From positions 1-62,704 of the forward strand of contig CAWGVG010000049.1 of assembly GCA_963825865.1 (NCBI GenBank): a stretch of 62,704 bases of DNA, written 5' to 3'. This document shows positions 57,142 to 62,704 of this stretch, piece after piece. Every line of letters starts with the position of its first letter. Within the stretch, counting starts at the first letter, position 1. The notes beneath the pieces are model-generated. The model worked only from the letters and a program-made list of their open reading frames with translations, was not told the DNA's origin and searched no databases. This stretch comes from an uncultured Nitrososphaeraceae archaeon. Lineage in GTDB: Archaea > Thermoproteota > Nitrososphaeria > Nitrososphaerales > Nitrososphaeraceae. A program made the translations under genes and the position numbers.

Positions 57142-57368
57142 CATGCTATTATTGCAAGCACTGCTACAGCGAAATAGTCGAGAATCGAATAAGAGCCTAT
57201 CCCAAAATAGCAGATAGACATATAGCTTGAGAAGTTCTTTCTGTAGACGTGTCTTATAGACGAATCAAAAAACATCTTCCAACAATTAGAAAGATTCAAC
57301 TTCGCCTATAACCGATGGAATAACATTAACAAAATAGCTTGCTGTTTGTATACAATTACTAGCAATAT

Positions 57369-58098
57369 ATGTCACAATCTCAGCAGCAACAACAACAGCA
57401 ACAAACACCATTAGCAATAGTTACAATACATGATGCCTGTCCTTTTTTCTCTACAAGAATATTCCAGTTTGCTGATGAGCTCGAAGAGCTGGATATAAAG
57501 TATAATTTTGCACTGGTACTTTTCTTCAAGGAAAAGCAAGACCTTCCGCGGTTTCCTGAATTTGTAGACAAAATCAAATCTTACAAAAGATGCGATATAG
57601 CGCTACATGGTCTTTATCATGAGCGTAGAAGTGGCAGATTTGATGATTTTCATACAATAAAAAAAGCAAGCCGCAGAAGAGGAAATACGCGCAGGGCTTG
57701 AGATACTTCACGAGATAGGAATAAAACCAAACGTGTTTGTACCACCAGCTTGGAAGCTAAACAACAGCTCAATTGAGGTATTGCAGAAGTTAGGATTTGA
57801 TTTAGCAGAAACGCAAGAAAAGTTTGTATTGCTTTCCCATAATGTATCTAAGAAAATAAAAGTTTCCAAGGTATTGAATTGGGATTCTACTGGCTATCCA
57901 GAACAAAATGCTGTAAACATTGCCAAAGACGAAAGGTGTTTCAAGCTTTTAATTAAACAAAACCCTCGCATTATCAGAATTGCTCTACATCCACGAGACC
58001 CGCATGGCGCTCTAGAAGAACAAAAGCATATGATAGGCCGGTTAAAGGGTCTAGGATACATTATGCCAACATATGGAGAGGTTATAGGTACAGACTAG
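57369..58098 (+). pseudogene. DUF2334/polysaccharide deacetylase-like protein, frameshifted
   Basis: VTIHDACP, IALHGLYH, FVPPAW, RIALHPRD. Confidence 0.85.
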
Positions 58099-58338
58099 GG
58101 GGTTACTTAACTAGGACAAAAACCACCTATCCAAGAAAGCGGCAGAAAAGTTGTAAAGATTTTTGATGATTAATCATATAAATAAATGAATGAATGATAA
58201 AGCTTATGGCTAGTTAGCTAGATACTACTATTAGCAGTACCAATTAATTAACTTATAACCACCTATAATCTACCATAAAATAACAATAGGCGTTTTATTC
58301 ATTAACTTGGTTAATTAATAGTTAAAAAGCATTGGTAC

Positions 58339-58850
58339 ATGACTTTACAAATGAAAAAATACAATAACACTAAAACAATAATAGCTGTATCTAATAAATC
58401 AGCAATACTAGTATACGTTGTTAGTGCGCTAATGATTTCTACTGCTGCCGTATACTTTATTGTTGCTTCTCAAGATTACTCTGAACTTTCGCATTCAGCA
58501 TCGTCATCTGATAGTACTAGTACCACTCCTGAAAGTAAGGACCAAGGAGATATAATTGCAACCGTGAATGAAATGGCATTTTTCATTATAGTTGGTGTAG
58601 CATATATTGCACTGGAATATGGATGCTAGAGAATAAGTATTATAGTAAAATACCATACATCATAGCTATTATAGGCTCAATAGCACTCATCGCATTTTAT
58701 ATATCTACAAGGACAATGAATATTCCTTCTATAGGAGTACAAGATGATATAGGTACAACAGACATACTTTCCAAGGTCATGCAAGGCAGCTATAGCTGGT
58801 GTATCGATATACATTGTCAGGACTTCAACGATAATATGGAGAAGTGCTAC
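58339..58850 (+). pseudogene. membrane protein, frameshifted
   Basis: TM helices; PYIIAIIGSIALI.FY..TRT..IP.IG.QDDIG..DILSKV.Q. Confidence 0.65.
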
Positions 58851-59102
58851 AACAACAAGAACATCATTATCAGCAGCAGAAATATTGGAATATCAAGAGC
58901 GAAAAACACAAGAGAAAGAAGAAAAGCCATCAAACTGACAAAGAATTGGACTTTTCGGACTACGAATAAATAGTCAGAGACATTAGTGAACTAAACATTT
59001 AACATTATCTATATTATCTTAATTGAGTGAACCTAAAAAGGGTATTTCAACATTCAAGAAACTCATGAAAAATAAATTAGGTCTTAGTAGCAGAGCTATT
59101 TT

Positions 59103-59475
59103 TTATTCGCCGATGCTTCCAAGAGCTTGATCTGCTGCGTTCAAATGCATCAATGCTCCTTTTGTGTCTCCACTCTGTAACGCTTTAATGCCTTCGTCTA
59201 GGTGCATCTTAGCTGATTGAGCTGAAGTAGGCACATGTATTTCCACTAACAGCTTATCTGCTGCGTTCAAATGCATCAATGCTCCTTTTGTGTCTCCACT
59301 CTGTAACGCTTTAATGCCTTCGTCTAGGTGCATCTTAGCTGAGGAAGTAGGAGATGATGTTTGGGCTGATGCTTGACTAGCACTAAAGTTAGATACTATT
59401 ATACTAAGTGTTAGGTACCTGGTACAAGAATATTAGCACCTACTATTGTTGTACATTTTAGTACTTTTAGTCATT
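59103..59475 (-). pseudogene. small secreted helical-repeat protein, frameshift in the signal region
   Basis: Two identical AKMHLDEGIKALQSGDTKGALMHLNAAD units; 87-bp exact DNA repeat 59130-59216/59256-59342. Confidence 0.7.
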
Positions 59476-59784
59476 GAAAAGAGATACTTTGAAGGATTCA
59501 ATATAAGTATTACGACTATTAATTTATGGTTCTTATTATCCACCAAATAATAGTGATGTTGGTTTTACATAACGGCTCCTTGTATTATGAACAATGATGA
59601 AGAGATGCAATATCCAGATAAGTTCAATAGAGTATTACAAACATTTCTTTCGACCACAACACCCTCTAGTTGATGAAGCAAGCCAAAGACTAAGATAGGA
59701 CTTCTCTCCGCTAATCTTGATTTGCATTGTATTCAATTCCCTATGGCATGTCAAGACCCAACTCTTTTCATCTTAGAACCACAT

Positions 59785-60081
59785 TTAGGACATGCGAGCT
59801 TGTTTGTGTTGTGTTCCGCAACTCATACAGTAATATTTTAATGAACTATCTCCAAACACTGAAGATGGCGACATTGAACCAAACATTCCTACTCCTCCCA
59901 TTCCCATTCTTTTCATCATTCTCTTTCTCATATAGAAGTTAAGCAAAATGAAAACTCCTATTATCACAACTAGTGAGATGGGAAATGGCACTAACATAGA
60001 GATGGTTATGCTGATGCCAAAAGATATTCCCAACCACATTATTTGGTTGAGTAGAAATTGCTTGTTGTTATTAGCACTCAT
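59785..60081 (-). CDS. small membrane protein with C-terminal zinc ribbon (end frameshifted)
   Basis: Two TM helices, YYCMSCG; CPKCGS follows in a shifted frame. Confidence 0.7.
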   Translation of the reverse strand: MSANNNKQFLLNQIMWLGISFGISITISMLVPFPISLVVIIGVFILLNFYMRKRMMKRMGMGGVGMFGSMSPSSVFGDSSLKYYCMSCGTQHKQARMS

Positions 60082-60338
60082 CTTTTTTTATCCATCTAAT
60101 ACTTTCTGCATTTACCTAATTAAGGCTTATTCGTGCAACTACACAATTCACCTATGTAAGTAGACCAAGTTGCTATTGAATGATATTCACCTGGTACCCA
60201 AATTATGAACGATTTAATGGGTCAGAGGATGCTGCGAAGTAATCACCATATCTATCAGATAATTCATCCGCTGTTCATTCCTATAATGAATAGTGGTATG
60301 AAAATAGGAAAGACTGTCACAAACGGGTAAAGACTGTG

Positions 60339-60584
60339 CTACAAAAGAAAATATCGTTCATCTTGCAAAAGAGGTCTTCCTGGAATAGTGAGTGTACCTC
60401 CTACGCTTGGATTAGTTGGCTTTAGTGATGGATGGGTTGGCTTTACACTTCCCCCTACTCCTGGTTTCTTTACATGGCTTCCTGATGATGATGAAGATGA
60501 TGAGCTGGAACTTCCTGGTTTTTTGCTACTTGCACCATATGTTGGACCTGTCATCATTGGTCCAGTAATCATCATAATTACCAA
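60339..60584 (-). CDS. low-complexity Ser/Pro/Lys-rich secreted-type peptide
   Basis: Hydrophobic start, poly-Ser, KPT.PS repeats. Confidence 0.35.
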   Translation of the reverse strand: MVIMMITGPMMTGPTYGASSKKPGSSSSSSSSSSGSHVKKPGVGGSVKPTHPSLKPTNPSVGGTLTIPGRPLLQDERYFLL

Positions 60585-60666
60585 GATTACGCCTACGAAC
60601 TTATAGCAGTATTATTATGATGATAATAGGCGGTAATCTAATCCTTAAATTTTCTATTCTTTTTCA

Positions 60667-60930
60667 TCAGCTCGTTCTAACTACTCTTCTCATACATAAC
60701 AGCAAATAACTTCCAAGTAAGATTATTGAAACTTGCAGGACTTTACTGAGCATATCAATGAAACCAATGTCTTCTTGTAGTCCTACTATTGGGAAATTTA
60801 TAATTCTAGATGATACATATATTGCAATTAATGCAGCTGACCCTGCAATAGATATGGTATAAGGCAGTCCACCATTAAATCTGTTTTTAATTCTACACAT
60901 CCATGCTGCAATTACAAAATAAGATACAGC
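60667..60930 (-). pseudogene. C-terminal fragment paralogous to 58339-58850
   Basis: PYTISIAGSAALIAIYVSSRIINFPIVGLQEDIGFIDMLSKVLQ. Confidence 0.7.
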
Positions 60931-61166
60931 TCTAAATGCTGTATCTTATGCTCTAAGGCTTACTTCCGTTGTGATATATGAATCGAAGTCTTAGATAATG
61001 CTCTTCGACTTTGCCTTTGAGACTAATACCCTCGTATTCCTTCTTAGCCATTAAAAGAGACCTTTCACTGCTTTGCATTAAGGGCTCTATAACATCTATA
61101 CCAAAGAACTTATGAGTTGCCTTTTTGAATTGAAGTATGATAGGGTTATATTATGTGGCAAATGCT

Positions 61167-61436
61167 TTAGATATTTTCATGTTCTTCTTTTGCTTTGCTT
61201 TCTATCTTTTGTAATCTTGTATAATAATCTGGAAATTCATTTAGGTGTGCAAGTGCAATCTTTCCAGTAATTGTTTCATCATCACTAGTAACATCTGTTG
61301 TCAAATCACGGCTTCCATGTTCTAACTCCACATTCAGTCCCATTCTAAACTGTTCTGTATCAAACTTACTCCAGTCAATACCGAGAGCTTCACCTATTCT
61401 CCTAGCATCTTCTATTGTAAAATTCTTAGTAGTCAA
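61167..61436 (-). CDS. DUF5661-like small protein
   Basis: QFRMGLNVELEHG...TGKIALAHLNEFPDYYTRL. Confidence 0.8.
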   Translation of the reverse strand: MTTKNFTIEDARRIGEALGIDWSKFDTEQFRMGLNVELEHGSRDLTTDVTSDDETITGKIALAHLNEFPDYYTRLQKIESKAKEEHENI

Positions 61437-61699
61437 GATGTAATATTCATTAAAACAATAATATTATTACTTTTGCATATGTAGAAAGGAAAGTCCTTAC
61501 TACTATATTCATGCTATCGATAAATTGACTTTGTTAGTAGTATGTTCATATCTCCTGTCATGTTTTGTCGTTGATATCTGTCATCGTAGGGAATACGCAT
61601 AGTAACGGGGACTATTTTTATCCAACAGACTCAGCCTATATGCAGTGGTGTGGAGAATACAGAATAAATATAATAGTCATAACTTTATTTTGCATTGCA

Positions 61700-61775
61700 T
61701 TTCTGGGTTGGTTCCACCAAGGCTGAAGTATCAACGATTTTTCCTCGTGCACAATTAACTAAATATGATCCATTA
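61700..61775 (-). pseudogene. 2-hydroxyacid dehydrogenase snippet
   Basis: GSYLVNCARGKIVDTSAL. Confidence 0.55.
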
Positions 61776-61832
61776 GTACTTCCTACAAAGACTGTAGTAA
61801 GTAGACTACAGGTATAAGTTATGAAACTCCAC

Positions 61833-62704
61833 TTATTGCACTTGAGAGTAGGGTTCCATTAGTAGAACAGTCCATGTGTTGGATAGTATTTTTGCGGGAG
61901 AATATCCAACAAGCATCTTTGTATCATTAACTACTTCAATATTGTATCCAGACTTACCAGAGATAGCATCTTTAAAACTTTGTAGATTAGCAAAAGACTC
62001 TGGAGACTTTGATAAGTTGTGAATCTGAATCAGCCACTTTCTGACCCTGGCTATCAACGTATACGATACGTTCTCCATTTAATGGGTGAAGAGATTGAAG
62101 AAATCTGTCAAATACGCTAAACTCTAGTGCACCATTCCATACACCTATTAAAGATCCATCTTTGTCAGAATGTATTGGCACTGCAAGAACCGATACTCTC
62201 TTTCCCGTAGCCTTAGAGACGATCATATTTCCAAGGAAGGCATCTTTTGTTTCAATTGCTCCTTTATGGTAGTCTCTAAATGCGAAATTATTTTGTGTAA
62301 GATTGGGTTGGCGCCAATAGGGTCTTGCATATGTACATATCTCCATTGGGAAGAAGGAAAGAGATTCCAGCAAAATCATCATCAGCTTTCAAAATAGCAT
62401 CTGCAATATTTCTTTTCTCAATATCTATATCATTGGCTATACCATGTAGACTACTATTGATTTTATCAGCATATTTAGCATTACCTACTTGTGGTAACAT
62501 ACTTGTCACCTTTAGATGGGCTGCTGAATTATTTAGACTCTGGCCAAGCTATTAGCCAAAACTTTGGCGATTGTAATTTTATCAGCCTCTGACTGATTTT
62601 GAAGGTTTATAGTATTATCGATTATTTTGCGCGTTTGCATTAGGTAAATGAAGGATATATGGGCTTATTGATAGTAACGATAGTGTCAAAACTGTTATGC
62701 CAAG
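61833..62704 (-). pseudogene. secreted dCache-domain protein, multiply frameshifted, runs off the window end
   Basis: FLLPNGDMY, NFAFRDYHKGA, VSKATG...LAVPI, IVYVDSQGQ, WTVLLM. Confidence 0.8.

Noticed and set aside
57200-57330. Possible IS1595-like transposase tail (LERFNFAYNRW)
   Set aside because: Too short and degenerate, with no IR or DDE motif to support it.
1-62704. CRISPR array or cas genes
   Set aside because: No regularly spaced 25-40 bp repeats with unique spacers, and no Cas motifs seen.

Overview
AT-rich archaeal DNA whose gene content points to a soil ammonia-oxidising Nitrososphaeraceae genome. This placement is inferred from TFB, SUI1, SepF-like, Lrp, PQQ sugar dehydrogenase, TrmB-like kinase sensor and poly-S/N/Q tracts. 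The window is a heavily decayed mosaic. About 20 genes look intact, including a beta-carbonic anhydrase, PPOX-like protein, TPR protein, HxlR plus a ring-cleaving dioxygenase, a methyltransferase, FUSC, Lrp, SUI1 and a peroxiredoxin. They sit among dozens of frameshifted or abruptly truncated fragments, including snippets of dnaK, trpA, malic enzyme and TFB. Mobile DNA: an IS110/IS1111-type element, a complete IS6 with an 8-bp TSD, an IS630 remnant, and scattered pieces of a terminase-like/HTH/integrase element family with no capsid genes. Best-supported discovery: the 3' non-coding end of the IS110 element contains two internal-loop hairpins whose loops match the element's own insertion target and its end-junction, i.e. 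a readable archaeal bridge/seek RNA with a GT core. Three copies of an ~80-bp TGTGAC/GTCACA palindromic element are unexplained. No rRNA, tRNA or CRISPR array was seen. Family calls are by motif recognition only; no searches were run.
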